NCBI GenBank assembly: GCA_030592285.1
Contig: JAUVJU010000003.1
Span: 1-38,716, forward strand
Length of the DNA stretch: 38,716 nt
Direction: 5' to 3'
Source of the DNA: a candidate division WOR-3 bacterium
Lineage (GTDB): Bacteria; Hydrothermota; 32-111
Of the stretch, positions 8,201 to 18,401 are shown piece by piece. Both the position numbers and the translations under genes were made by a program. Positions within the stretch are counted from its first letter, which is position 1. Each line of letters opens with the position of its first letter. The notes beneath the pieces are model-generated. The model searched no databases, was not told where the DNA came from, and saw nothing but the letters and a program-made list of their open reading frames with translations.

Positions 8201-9930
8201 GGAATTCATTGTTTTTCCGTTTTTTCATGTTTTTTCTTATTATTATTTGTATATTTTCAACAATTGTTTTTTTATTTTCATATAATTATGTAAAAGATCA
8301 ATTCATAATAAATATTAAGCATGATCTTGAAAATATTTCTGTTTTACTTCAAGCACATATAAACAATTATTCCTATATGGATATATCTAATTTGGATGAG
8401 TATATAAAAGAAACCGGGAAAAACATTCATAGAAGAATAACAATTATTAATATTAATGGAAAAGTTATAGCGGACTCGGACAAAAATCCTTTATTAATGG
8501 AAAACCATGCAAATAGACCGGAATTTCAACAGGCATTGAAATATGGAATAGGAACATCAAGACGATTTTCAGAAACATTGAATATTGAAATGTTATATAT
8601 AGCCGTTCCATATGGAAAAGATGATGCTATAAAAGGAATAATAAGAACATCCCTGCCGGCAAAAGAGATTTCATTATTATATCAGAATATTATAATAAAA
8701 ATTATAATAATTAATATAATTCTTATTTTATTATCATTAATAGCAGCAGTGCTTTTTGCAAGATCTTTTACTAAACCCATAAAAGAGTTAATAAAGGCAT
8801 CCCATGCCGTATCAGAAGGAAATTTTGATATAAGTGTTTTTCCTGAGTCAAATTCTGAAATAAATGAATTATCTATTGGTTTTAATAATATGGTTAAGAA
8901 GATCAATGATCTTTTTAATGAAAAATCAAAACAAAAGGAATTGCAGAAAAAAATCCTTTCTTCCATTGAAGATGCAGTAATGCTCATAAATAAGGATGAT
9001 GAAGTTATTATGAGCAATAAGAAATGCAAGGAGATATTTGGATACAAAGAGGATGGGTTTAAATACTTTAAAAAAGTGAAAAACCATGATTTGTTACAGA
9101 TAATAAATAATATAAAACAAAAGAAAGACAATTATGAAGAAGAAATTATATTTGAAAAGGAATATTATCATATTAAAGGTGTTTATATAAAAAACACACA
9201 AGAAATTATAATAATGCTTTATGATATTAGTAAAATAAAGGATATTGATAATATAAAGAAAGAGTTAATTCAAAATGTATCACATGAATTACGCACACCA
9301 CTAACGGCAATAAAGGGATTTTTGGAAACCATAAAGGATGAACAATCAAAAGAAAACAAAAGATATGTACATATTATGCAGAAACATACACAAAGATTAA
9401 TTAGGATTGTTAAAAATTTATTAATTCTCTCATCTATTGAAGAAAAACATTATGAAAATCAAATAAAAGAAATAGATTTGATTGAATTCATTAAAAATGA
9501 AATTGCAATATTTAAAAACATTGCCCGGCAAAAGGGAATAGAATTGATATTTACACCATCAATTAAGAAAGCAATCATTGATACTGATCCCTTTAAATTG
9601 GAGCAGATCATTATAAACCTAGTGGAAAATGCTATTAAATATACAAAGCGGGGGAAAATAGAAATCAAAATTGAAGAAAGTACCAATAATATTAAAATAT
9701 GTATTATAGATACAGGAATAGGAATACCACAAGATAAAATAGAACATATTTTTAATAGATTTTATGTGATTGATAGATCCCGTTCAAGGGAAAGCGGTGG
9801 GACAGGGTTAGGATTATCTATAGTAAAAAGGCTTATAAATCTTATAAATGGAACAATAACAGTTGAATCGGAAATAGGCAAGGGCAGCATCTTTATTGTG
9901 AAATTACCATTAAAAACATCTGTAAAGTAG
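8197..9930 (+). CDS. phoR: PhoR-like sensor histidine kinase (2 TM, HAMP, HisKA, HATPase)
   Basis: MENHANRPE sensor motif, SHELRTPL, NLVENAIKY, DTGIGI, GGTGLGL. Confidence 0.88.
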   Translation: MRNSLFFRFFMFFLIIICIFSTIVFLFSYNYVKDQFIINIKHDLENISVLLQAHINNYSYMDISNLDEYIKETGKNIHRRITIININGKVIADSDKNPLLMENHANRPEFQQALKYGIGTSRRFSETLNIEMLYIAVPYGKDDAIKGIIRTSLPAKEISLLYQNIIIKIIIINIILILLSLIAAVLFARSFTKPIKELIKASHAVSEGNFDISVFPESNSEINELSIGFNNMVKKINDLFNEKSKQKELQKKILSSIEDAVMLINKDDEVIMSNKKCKEIFGYKEDGFKYFKKVKNHDLLQIINNIKQKKDNYEEEIIFEKEYYHIKGVYIKNTQEIIIMLYDISKIKDIDNIKKELIQNVSHELRTPLTAIKGFLETIKDEQSKENKRYVHIMQKHTQRLIRIVKNLLILSSIEEKHYENQIKEIDLIEFIKNEIAIFKNIARQKGIELIFTPSIKKAIIDTDPFKLEQIIINLVENAIKYTKRGKIEIKIEESTNNIKICIIDTGIGIPQDKIEHIFNRFYVIDRSRSRESGGTGLGLSIVKRLINLINGTITVESEIGKGSIFIVKLPLKTSVK

Positions 9931-9945
9931 TTAAATACTAATTTC

Positions 9946-9999
9946 TTAACAAATTTTTAACATTTTATTCATACCAAATTAACTAATATTCTCTATATT
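9946..9999 (+). promoter_or_regulatory. Pho box (four hexamers at 11-bp period) plus -10 box
   Basis: TTAACA 9946, TTAACA 9957, TTCATA 9968, TTAACT 9979, then TATATT 9994-9999 with no canonical -35. Confidence 0.8.
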
Positions 10000-10033
10000 A
10001 AGCATATATAATTTTTACAATGGAGGTTTGTAC

Positions 10034-11077
10034 ATGAAAATTCGTAGTTTTTGTTTAATGGTCCTATTTTTTATTGCTGTATTTTTCCCATTAAGTTCAA
10101 TGGAAACAAAAATATCCATGGAATTGTGGAATAGATATACAACAGAACTAAATGGCAGCACAGTAGAGGAAAGCGAATTTGCTTTAAAAAGAGGATATCT
10201 CAGATTAGAACCACAGTTCACTGACAATATAAAAGGAAGATTCAATATTGATCTATTCTCTGATGATGATGGATTAGATGGGGCAGGGTTGAAATTAAAA
10301 TATGCATATATTGATTTTTCCAAAATCATAATCCCTGAAGCAAAATTCACATTTGGATTAATGAAGAATTATTTTGCCACAATTTATGATTGGGATTATA
10401 CAACAATACAAAAAGCATTGGAAGATAAAGAAAAGGTTATTGCATCAACAGATTACGGTATGGGAATATATGGATATATACCCAATGGTTTTGGAGAATA
10501 TTCATTACAGATTATCAATGGAGAGGGATACAAGAAAACAGGCGGAGATATAGATATTAATCCGGCATTTATTGGTAATCTAAGAATTATTCCATTTGCA
10601 GGATTTACAATAGGCGGTTCTGCTTATTACACAAAAAGCGGTCTTCTTAATAAGGATGAATTACTTGATACAACCCTAAATGATACAACAACACTTTCCT
10701 ATGCAATTGTGACCAAGGTAGCATTTGGACCATTCTATATATGGGGTGAATATTTGTCAAAGAATATTGATGGAGATAATGCAATGGGTTATATGATAAT
10801 GCCTGTTCTTCAACTTGGCAGAATAATGCCTATTGATATTGATATTATAGCAAGATATGACTCATGGGATAAAAATACTGAAAGCACAAGTATTGATGAT
10901 TCTCATCAAAGAATTACCGCAGGATTTAATGTTAATATTTTAAGAGATGCAAAAAATAAGCCATTGCTGTTTTTACAAACAAACTGGGAAAGGACAATGT
11001 ATGAAGATGCAGCAAAGGATCCCAAGGACATTGTTATGATTCAATTGAGATGGAAAGTCTCACACAAAATCAAATAA
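10034..11077 (+). CDS. Outer-membrane beta-barrel, probable phosphate-selective porin (OprO/P-like)
   Basis: Signal peptide; FALKRGYL, LKYAYID, NGEGY, ARYD amphipathic strands; first gene after the Pho box; GGAGG SD 7 nt before ATG 10034. Confidence 0.7.
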   Translation: MKIRSFCLMVLFFIAVFFPLSSMETKISMELWNRYTTELNGSTVEESEFALKRGYLRLEPQFTDNIKGRFNIDLFSDDDGLDGAGLKLKYAYIDFSKIIIPEAKFTFGLMKNYFATIYDWDYTTIQKALEDKEKVIASTDYGMGIYGYIPNGFGEYSLQIINGEGYKKTGGDIDINPAFIGNLRIIPFAGFTIGGSAYYTKSGLLNKDELLDTTLNDTTTLSYAIVTKVAFGPFYIWGEYLSKNIDGDNAMGYMIMPVLQLGRIMPIDIDIIARYDSWDKNTESTSIDDSHQRITAGFNVNILRDAKNKPLLFLQTNWERTMYEDAAKDPKDIVMIQLRWKVSHKIK

Positions 11078-11092
11078 TTAAAGGAGAAAAAA

Positions 11093-11896
11093 ATGAAAAA
11101 AACATTAATTATGCTTTTAGCCCTTATTTTAGGTGCTGGATTTATTTTTTCAAATGATATTTCAATTACGGGTTCAACAACAGTTTTTCCAATAGCCCAA
11201 ATGACAGCAGAAATGTATATGGAGATTAATCCTGATATTAATATATCAGTAAGAGGCGGTGGTTCGGGAGTGGGAATTGCAGCCCTTATGAATGGACAGA
11301 CAAATATTGCCAATGCATCAAGACCAATAAAAACAAAGGAATTAAAAATTGCAAGAGAAAATGGAGTTGACCCATTTGAAATAATTATTGCAATGGATGG
11401 AATAGCAATTATAATAAATCCTTCCAATAAAATTCCTAATTTAACATTTGAGCAATTAAAAAATATTTATAATGGAAAAATTATCAATTGGAAAGAACTT
11501 GGCGGGAAAAGTGCTCCAATTGTAGTTATTTCCAGAGATTATTCTTCCGGAACATTTGAGGTTTTCAAAACACTTGTTCTTGAAGGGGATAAAGTAAGAG
11601 ATGATGCTCTTCTTTTAGCATCAAATAAAGCAGTAGTAACAACAGTAGCAAATACACCCGGAGCAATTGGATACATTGGATTTGGATTTCTTTCGGATAA
11701 AGTAAAAGCAGTGTCAGTAGGCAATGTTATGCCTTCGGAAGAAACAGTAAATAATGGAACATATAAGCTTGCAAGGGCTCTCTATATGTACACAAATGGA
11801 AAACCAAAGGGTGAAATAAAGGACTATCTTGATTATGTACTTTCAGAACAGGGACAGCAAATCGTTGAAAAGGTTGGCTACATTTCTTTACAGTAA
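11093..11896 (+). CDS. pstS: Phosphate ABC transporter substrate-binding protein
   Basis: GSTTVFP, GGGSGVGI, ANASR, SRDYSSGT, YKLARALYMY. Confidence 0.95.
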   Translation: MKKTLIMLLALILGAGFIFSNDISITGSTTVFPIAQMTAEMYMEINPDINISVRGGGSGVGIAALMNGQTNIANASRPIKTKELKIARENGVDPFEIIIAMDGIAIIINPSNKIPNLTFEQLKNIYNGKIINWKELGGKSAPIVVISRDYSSGTFEVFKTLVLEGDKVRDDALLLASNKAVVTTVANTPGAIGYIGFGFLSDKVKAVSVGNVMPSEETVNNGTYKLARALYMYTNGKPKGEIKDYLDYVLSEQGQQIVEKVGYISLQ

Positions 11897-11903
11897 ATAT
11901 AAA

Positions 11904-11926
11904 TCCGGGGAGTATAACTCCCCGGA
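11904..11926 (+). other. pstS-pstC intercistronic hairpin (mRNA stabiliser or attenuator)
   Basis: TCCGGGGAGT-ATA-ACTCCCCGGA, a perfect 10-bp stem with no downstream U tract. Confidence 0.7.
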
Positions 11927-11947
11927 AATAAAAAAGGGAAATAGAAA

Positions 11948-12805
11948 ATGAAAGATAAGATGTTTAAATATATTACAATGTTAACAGCAATTTTATCTGT
12001 TGTTTTTCTTTTTGGAATTATAATCAGTATCTTTACTGAGGGCTTTTCTGTTTTTAGTAAATATGGATTTTTCAATTTTCTTTTTGGAACAAGCTGGCAT
12101 CCTACGCATGAACCTGCAGAAATGGGTATATTTGGACTTATTGTCAGTTCAATTGTTGTAACCATTGGAGCATTGATTGTTGCTTTACCATTGGGAGTTG
12201 GCTCGGCAATATATTTATCCGAAATTGCCAATCCAAAGCTCAGAGAAATATTAAAACCATTTATTGAACTATTAGCAAGCATTCCCTCTGTGATATATGG
12301 ATTATTTGGTATGGCTTTTCTTGCACCATTTATTAGAAAAGTATTTAATTTACCTATAGGTTTAAATGCTTTTTCGGCTTCCATTATTTTGGGCATAATG
12401 GTGATTCCCATTATTTCAAGTATTTCAGAGGATGCCTTTTCATCTGTTTCAAAACATCTAAAAGAAGCATCATATGCACTGGGAGCAAATAAAATTGAAA
12501 CAATATTCAGAGTAATCTTTCCATCAGCAAAATCGGGAGTCCTTACAGGTGTACTTCTGGGCTTTGGTAGAGCAATAGGGGAAACAATGGTTGTTTTGAT
12601 GGTTGCAGGTGGTTCAACGGCTATGTTTAAGAATATTTTTCAACCTGTCAGACCAATGACTTACGCAATTGCAGCAGAAATGGGAGAAACAGTTGTTGGA
12701 GGCATGCATTATAGTGCTCTTTTTGGAATTGCAATAATTCTATTTATTATTACTTTTATCTCAAATTTACTTATGCAAATGATTATAAATAAAGGAAGCA
12801 ATTAA
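11948..12805 (+). CDS. pstC: Phosphate ABC permease PstC
   Basis: ELLASIPSVIYG, EASYALGA, RAIGETMVV. Confidence 0.95.
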   Translation: MKDKMFKYITMLTAILSVVFLFGIIISIFTEGFSVFSKYGFFNFLFGTSWHPTHEPAEMGIFGLIVSSIVVTIGALIVALPLGVGSAIYLSEIANPKLREILKPFIELLASIPSVIYGLFGMAFLAPFIRKVFNLPIGLNAFSASIILGIMVIPIISSISEDAFSSVSKHLKEASYALGANKIETIFRVIFPSAKSGVLTGVLLGFGRAIGETMVVLMVAGGSTAMFKNIFQPVRPMTYAIAAEMGETVVGGMHYSALFGIAIILFIITFISNLLMQMIINKGSN

Positions 12806-13659
12806 TGAAAGTCAGAGAAATAAAAGAATTTCTTGGAATTAATATATTACGATCAACAATAATTATAAGCATGGTCTTTTTAATACTATTTTTATTATTA
12901 ATATTTATAAAGGGATTTAGTGTTCTTTCATTGGATTTTCTACTGAAAGCACCAAAAAATGGAATGACAGAAGGCGGCATTTTCCCTGCAATAGTAGGAA
13001 CATTTTATCTTACAATGCTTTCGGTTATAATAGCATTTCCTTTGGGGGTTCTTTCAGCAATCTTTCTTGTTGAATTTGGTAAGCCAAAGTGGTTCATTAA
13101 TATAATAAGAACAGCAATTAACACATTAGCAGGAGTGCCGTCAATTGTTTATGGATTATTTGGATTAGCAGTATTTGTAACATTATTTAATTTCAAAGTA
13201 TCAATATTATCAGGAGCATTAACCTTATCTATTTTGATACTCCCAATAATTATTAATTCATCTGAAGAGGCAATTAAGCAGGTGCCATATAATTTTAGAG
13301 AAGCTGCCTATGGTCTTGGAGCAAGCAAAAGACAGGTAATTATAAAAATTGTTATACCCGCTGCATTGCCGAATATTTTAACAGGAGCAATTTTGAGTGT
13401 AGGAAGAGCTGCAGGAGAAACAGCACCAATCATGTTCACTGCTGCAACCTTTTTTACAAGAAGATTGCCAAAATCAATAATGAATGAAGTAATGGCTATG
13501 CCATATCATATATATGCATTAATGACAGAAGGCTCATTTCCTGAAAAGCATGTTCCAATTGCCTATGGTACTGCAATAGTATTATTAATGCTGGTACTGG
13601 GGATTAATTTAATTGCAATAATTATAAGGACTAAAATGAGGAGAAATAAGAAATGGTAA
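12805..13659 (+). CDS. pstA: Phosphate ABC permease PstA
   Basis: [30 protein letters not shown]. Confidence 0.95.
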   Translation: MKVREIKEFLGINILRSTIIISMVFLILFLLLIFIKGFSVLSLDFLLKAPKNGMTEGGIFPAIVGTFYLTMLSVIIAFPLGVLSAIFLVEFGKPKWFINIIRTAINTLAGVPSIVYGLFGLAVFVTLFNFKVSILSGALTLSILILPIIINSSEEAIKQVPYNFREAAYGLGASKRQVIIKIVIPAALPNILTGAILSVGRAAGETAPIMFTAATFFTRRLPKSIMNEVMAMPYHIYALMTEGSFPEKHVPIAYGTAIVLLMLVLGINLIAIIIRTKMRRNKKW

Positions 13660-14408
13660 AAAATCTTTTAATCACTGAAAATCTCAATCTATGGTTTGGA
13701 GAAGATCATATTCTTAAAGATATTTCAATAAACATTCCTGAAAAAAAGGTTAATGCGATAATTGGTCCTTCCGGTTGTGGTAAATCAACACTGCTAAGAT
13801 GTTTTAATAGAATGAATGATCTATCAGGAGCAAGAATAAAGGGCAATATTGTTTTAGGCGGCAAGGATATTTATAAAGAAAAAATAGATGTATATGATTT
13901 AAGAATGAAAGTAGGAATGGTTTTTCAGAAACCCAATCCTTTCCCCAAATCAATTTATGAGAATGTGGCATTTGGATTAAAAATCAAAGGCATTAGAAAT
14001 AAAAATCTGATAAATGAAAAAGTTGAACAAAGCTTAAAAAATGTTTGGTTATGGGATGAAGTAAAAGATCGTCTTCACAAAAATGCTTTTGATTTATCCG
14101 GTGGACAGCAGCAAAGAATGTGTATGGCAAGAGCATTTGCAGTTGGTCCGGAAATACTGCTTTTGGATGAACCCACATCAGCACTTGATCCCAAATCAAC
14201 AAATAAGATTGAGGAATTGATTGTTGAATTGAAAAAGAAAATTACTATACTAATAGTAACGCACAATATTGCTCAGGCAGGAAGAATAAGTGATTTTACT
14301 ACATTTCTTTATTTGGGAAAACTTATTGAATTTGGAAAGACAGAAGAGATATTCACAGTGCCAAGGGATTCCAGAACAGAGCAATATTTAACAGGAAAAT
14401 TTGGATAA
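13653..14408 (+). CDS. pstB: Phosphate ABC ATPase PstB
   Basis: [42 protein letters not shown]. Confidence 0.97.
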   Translation: MVKNLLITENLNLWFGEDHILKDISINIPEKKVNAIIGPSGCGKSTLLRCFNRMNDLSGARIKGNIVLGGKDIYKEKIDVYDLRMKVGMVFQKPNPFPKSIYENVAFGLKIKGIRNKNLINEKVEQSLKNVWLWDEVKDRLHKNAFDLSGGQQQRMCMARAFAVGPEILLLDEPTSALDPKSTNKIEELIVELKKKITILIVTHNIAQAGRISDFTTFLYLGKLIEFGKTEEIFTVPRDSRTEQYLTGKFG

Positions 14409-14438
14409 ATGTAAAATTATAAAAAAAGGAGATAATTC

Positions 14439-15179
14439 ATGAAAATCATACATATTTCTGATTTACATAAAACAAGCAGTTTTTTCATCAAGGAATGGGG
14501 AAACATGCTTATTGATCAGGTGAATAGAATAAACCCGGAACTTTTAATAATATCAGGAGACATTACGGATAATGGTTACTATTTTGAATATGAGGAAGTT
14601 GTAGAATATTTAAAGGCTTTTAAAATCAAGAACATGATTATTGTTCCCGGCAATCATGATGCAAGAAATGAAGGATATAGGATATTTGAAAAATTTTTTA
14701 AAACCAGATATCCTCAATTTGAAAACGATGAAATAGTTATTCTGGGTCTTGATTCAAGCGAACCGGATTTAGATGATGGTCATATTGGGAGATCACATTA
14801 TAAATATATTGAGAATTGTTTTAAGGGGAAGAATAATAAAATTAAGGCAATAACATTACATCATCATCTTATCCCAATTCCAGGAACAGGTAGAGAAAGA
14901 CATATCCCTGTTGATAGCGGTGATATGTTGAAACTTATAAAGGACCTGGGTGTAAATTTTGTATTTTCAGGACATAAACATATGCCATGGATATGGAATC
15001 TAAATAACACATATTTTATTAATTCAGGAACATCAGCAACAAGAAAATTAAAGGGAATGGGATATCCATCATATAATATAATTACTATTAATAAGAAAGA
15101 AGTCAGAATAAATGAAATAAATCTTATTACAGAAGAAAGCAAAATGTCGCTTGAAACAATTATATCAAACGGAGATTAA
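14439..15179 (+). CDS. Calcineurin-like metallophosphoesterase (CpdA/Icc-like)
   Basis: SDLH, GD, GNHD, HHH and GHKH metal motifs. Confidence 0.88.
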   Translation: MKIIHISDLHKTSSFFIKEWGNMLIDQVNRINPELLIISGDITDNGYYFEYEEVVEYLKAFKIKNMIIVPGNHDARNEGYRIFEKFFKTRYPQFENDEIVILGLDSSEPDLDDGHIGRSHYKYIENCFKGKNNKIKAITLHHHLIPIPGTGRERHIPVDSGDMLKLIKDLGVNFVFSGHKHMPWIWNLNNTYFINSGTSATRKLKGMGYPSYNIITINKKEVRINEINLITEESKMSLETIISNGD

Positions 15180-15180
15180 T

Positions 15181-15840
15181 ATGTTGGAACAAAGAATAAA
15201 TAAATTAAAAAAAACCATAGTAGAAAATACTGCATTAGTGGAAAAAATGATAGAAAAATCAATACGGGGACTGTTAGAAAAGAATGGAGAATCTTTAAAT
15301 AATGTGTATGAAATGGAGAGGGCAGCAAATCAATATGAAATAGAAATAGAAGATAGATGCATTAATATAATTGCTCAGTTTCAACCGCTTGCAAAGGACT
15401 TGAGGACAATAATGACTATTCTAAAAATGGGGAATGATTTGGAAAGAATGGGAGACCATGCTGTAAATCTGAGTCAGCATGCTGAGTATATTATTGAAAG
15501 ACCAATAATAAAACCATTTATAGATTTACCGAAAATGGCAAATATAACAATTACAATGGTGAAAAACAGCATATCTTCATTTATAGATGAAAATATAAAT
15601 ATTGCAGAAGATGTTCTAAGAACCGATGATACTGTTGATGATTTAAGAGATAAAATAGTTAGGGAACTTATTGTAATTATGACAGAAAATCAAGGGAAAA
15701 CAGAAATATCCATTCATCTTATTGAAATAGCAAGGAACCTTGAAAGAATTGCTGATTTGGCAACTAATATTGCAGAAGATACAATATATATTGTTAAAGG
15801 TAAAAATATCAAACATTCTGGTGGAAAATCCCTATCATAA
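15181..15840 (+). CDS. phoU: Phosphate signalling protein PhoU
   Basis: QPLAKDLR, DLERMGDHA, NLERIADLATNIAE. Start at ATG 15181, right after the upstream stop. Confidence 0.93.
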   Translation: MLEQRINKLKKTIVENTALVEKMIEKSIRGLLEKNGESLNNVYEMERAANQYEIEIEDRCINIIAQFQPLAKDLRTIMTILKMGNDLERMGDHAVNLSQHAEYIIERPIIKPFIDLPKMANITITMVKNSISSFIDENINIAEDVLRTDDTVDDLRDKIVRELIVIMTENQGKTEISIHLIEIARNLERIADLATNIAEDTIYIVKGKNIKHSGGKSLS

Positions 15841-15846
15841 GAATAT

Positions 15847-16000
15847 CTAAGGTCGGGGTTTGACAATTTGACATATTTAGGAGCTGTTTTTTCTTAGATT
15901 TATATAAAAGCTACTATATATAGACAAATATTTCATAATGAACACAAGAATAAAGCATTTTAAGGCAAAAAAATGTCAAAAAGTCAAACCCCGACCTAAG
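15847..16000. mobile_element. Non-autonomous inverted-repeat element (MITE/REPIN-like), copy 1
   Basis: 32-bp terminal IRs matching 28/32 (CTAAGGTCGGGGTTTGACAATTTGACATATTT vs reverse complement of 15969-16000); CTAAG at both ends; a second copy at 27902. Confidence 0.7.
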
Positions 16001-16003
16001 GGG

Positions 16004-16031
16004 TTGACAATCGATTGACAATAAGTACAAT
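16004..16031 (+). promoter_or_regulatory. Sigma70 promoter with a tandem TTGACAAT repeat (11-bp period), apparently leaderless
   Basis: TTGACA-16-TACAAT, 6 nt before ATG 16038; a second TTGACAAT at 16015. Confidence 0.6.
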
Positions 16032-16037
16032 ATAATT

Positions 16038-16769
16038 ATGTCAGTAAAAGATAAATTATTCAATTTTATTTCTGATTTGGGACAGGCAGATACAAGGATG
16101 ATGCAAAAACAGTTTAAGATTTCCAGGCAAATGGTAAATAGGTATATGCAATCCCTTGTTAAAGAAGGGAAAATTATTAAAACAGGTAGAACAAAGGGTT
16201 CATTCTATATATTAAAGGCAGATAATGATCCGTATCTTAAACAATTTTCCAAAATATATGAAACAAAAATGAAAATTGAAACAATTACAGGGGATTTTCT
16301 TTCAAAAGCAAATATCAAAAAGGCATGCAATAAGAATTGTTTTCCAATATTGCAATTTATATTATATGAGCTTATTACCAATATTAACAAGCATGCAAAA
16401 GCGGAATTTATTCAGCTTGAGATGGAAATAGGTGCATTGGATATTGAACTAACTGTAATTGACTCTGGGATAGGTATATTGCAATCAATAAAGGACAAAT
16501 ACCATTTTGACAATGAATCAGATGCATTATTTCATGTTAATTTACCATTTTCGGGTTTTGAATTTTCAGATAATGAGGTTGTTGCAGAGCATTTGATGAC
16601 AATAATAATGATGGCGGATCAATTTTCATTGCAATCACATCAATCATTAATGGAAAAATATGATGAATATCAATCAGGAGTATTCGAATGCGACTTCTAT
16701 AAAGGAACCCGCATTCGATTTTTAATTTCTAAAAATACGAAGAAAAAATTAGCAAAATTTATTATATGA
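16038..16769 (+). CDS. Winged-HTH + HATPase_c-like protein
   Basis: N-terminal ISRQMVNRYMQSLVKEGKI..GRTKG wHTH; N-box ELITNINKHA; G1 box DSGIGI; ends KGTRIRF. Confidence 0.7.
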   Translation: MSVKDKLFNFISDLGQADTRMMQKQFKISRQMVNRYMQSLVKEGKIIKTGRTKGSFYILKADNDPYLKQFSKIYETKMKIETITGDFLSKANIKKACNKNCFPILQFILYELITNINKHAKAEFIQLEMEIGALDIELTVIDSGIGILQSIKDKYHFDNESDALFHVNLPFSGFEFSDNEVVAEHLMTIIMMADQFSLQSHQSLMEKYDEYQSGVFECDFYKGTRIRFLISKNTKKKLAKFII

Positions 16770-16773
16770 TCTA

Positions 16774-17376
16774 TTAATATCCGTACTTTTCCTTCACTTC
16801 ATTAATGATTTTATGATTTTCTTCAATCCTTTCAACATCAGCACTTTCTAATTTTTCTTCCAATTCTGTTAATTGCTTAAGAATTTCATCCAATTGTCTT
16901 TGATATTCTTCTTTTTCTTCCTTTGTCATTTCAACTTTATCTTTTTCTTCTAATGCCTTTTCATATCCGTTTTCCATTTGATTATATATATCTTTTGTCA
17001 TTACAACACCCTGATACTCTGCTTCAGCCATAACAATACGAGTACTTAGGGTGCCATATTCCTTAAATGACATATTTAATTCTTTTTCAAATATCTTATC
17101 TATATCCATACCAGATTTTCCTGCCTGAATAGCTGCTACAACAGGAGACATAAAATCAATATCTTCATATTTTTCACTCATTGTTTTGGCTGATTTGAAA
17201 AAGGTTTCAGCTTCATGCATAGAAACAATGATGGGTTCTTTTTCTTTAACTTCATTTGTTTTTTCAATAACCTTTGTTTCTACAGTTTCAACCGCTTTTT
17301 TCACCATTTCCTGTGGTGAATTACAAACAGTCAATAAAAGAATTGCCATTAACAACAAAATCATTAATCGTTTCAT
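16774..17376 (-). CDS. Hypothetical lipoprotein with a coiled-coil C-terminus
   Basis: MKRLMILLLMAILLLTVC lipoprotein-like signal; AGGAG SD. Confidence 0.65.
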   Translation of the reverse strand: MKRLMILLLMAILLLTVCNSPQEMVKKAVETVETKVIEKTNEVKEKEPIIVSMHEAETFFKSAKTMSEKYEDIDFMSPVVAAIQAGKSGMDIDKIFEKELNMSFKEYGTLSTRIVMAEAEYQGVVMTKDIYNQMENGYEKALEEKDKVEMTKEEKEEYQRQLDEILKQLTELEEKLESADVERIEENHKIINEVKEKYGY

Positions 17377-17402
17377 TTTAGTCTCCTTTTGATAAATGTT
17401 TT

Positions 17403-17987
17403 CTATTTTCTTTTCTGATTTTTTATTCTCCTTCTACTGATAAAATCAATTTCTCTAATAGGAGGGAAGATCCCTTTTGAAACAAATCTGACATCTTCTA
17501 TTGTATAAAAAGCATTTGGATTAAACTGCTCAATGCTTTCAATAAAATGATTTAGATTTTTTCTTCTGATTATTGAGTATAAAATATTAACCTTTCCCTG
17601 GGACCCCTCTGCATCAATGCTGGTAATGCCATAATCCTTTGAGCGTAGAAAATTTATTAGTTCATTAGCGTTTTTTTGAGTAATAATCCGAACAATATAG
17701 ATACCCATTTTTAGCTTTTGTTCAATTATAATACCAAGATAATTTCCTGCAGCAAAACCCCCTGCATAAGCAATATAGCACATAACATTATCCAAATGCT
17801 GCATTATCTGACCAATGGCAATAAGCCAGATAAGTACTTCAAAAAAACCAAGAAGTGGAGCTAAATATTTCATTCCCCTTGAAACAAAAATTATTCTTAA
17901 TGTTCCAATAGATACATCAAGGATCCGTGCAATAAAAATCAGTAATGGTAAAATTACCCAAACAAATACAGATGAATTAATAAACAT
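17403..17987 (-). CDS. DUF5698/DUF2179 (YebE/UPF0316-like) membrane protein
   Basis: ARILDVSIGTLR, GFFEVLIW, YAGGFAAGNYLG, PNAFYTIEDVR. Confidence 0.85.
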   Translation of the reverse strand: MFINSSVFVWVILPLLIFIARILDVSIGTLRIIFVSRGMKYLAPLLGFFEVLIWLIAIGQIMQHLDNVMCYIAYAGGFAAGNYLGIIIEQKLKMGIYIVRIITQKNANELINFLRSKDYGITSIDAEGSQGKVNILYSIIRRKNLNHFIESIEQFNPNAFYTIEDVRFVSKGIFPPIREIDFISRRRIKNQKRK

Positions 17988-17992
17988 AAAAA

Positions 17993-18358
17993 TTATTTAT
18001 CTGTATGTTTTTCTTTGGGTGTATAATCCTTGTCTTTAAGGGATTCCTTTTCCAATGATTCCATAATTTCTTCAATATTGCCTTCAGCTCCCTTAATAAC
18101 ATCAATGCCAAATTGCTGGAAAAATCCGATTGCTCTACCGCCCACTCCCCTTACAATAAGTTTATTTACTTTTTTATTTGCAAGATAACGGGGTATATCT
18201 CCGGGACCATGACCTTCAAGAGGGTTTTTTTCAATACTAATTTCGTATTTTCCTTTTTCATCAATTTCAATATATGCAAAATGCGGTGCATGACCAAAGT
18301 GTTCACTAATAACTGATTTCTTTCCTTCATTTGTTAATACAGGAATTGCAATTTTCAT
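17993..18358 (-). CDS. NifB/NifX-family (Nitro_FeMo-Co domain) protein
   Basis: MKIAIP..ISEHFGHAPHF..GVGGRA motifs. Confidence 0.85.
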   Translation of the reverse strand: MKIAIPVLTNEGKKSVISEHFGHAPHFAYIEIDEKGKYEISIEKNPLEGHGPGDIPRYLANKKVNKLIVRGVGGRAIGFFQQFGIDVIKGAEGNIEEIMESLEKESLKDKDYTPKEKHTDK

Positions 18359-18401
18359 TATACCTCCTTTAAATCTTTATTAATAGATTAAACCAATTAA
18401 A

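Noticed and set aside
17993-18358. Nitrogen fixation inferred from NifX-like and NifS/NifU-like genes
   Set aside because: No nifHDK in the window; these families are common in non-diazotrophic anaerobes.
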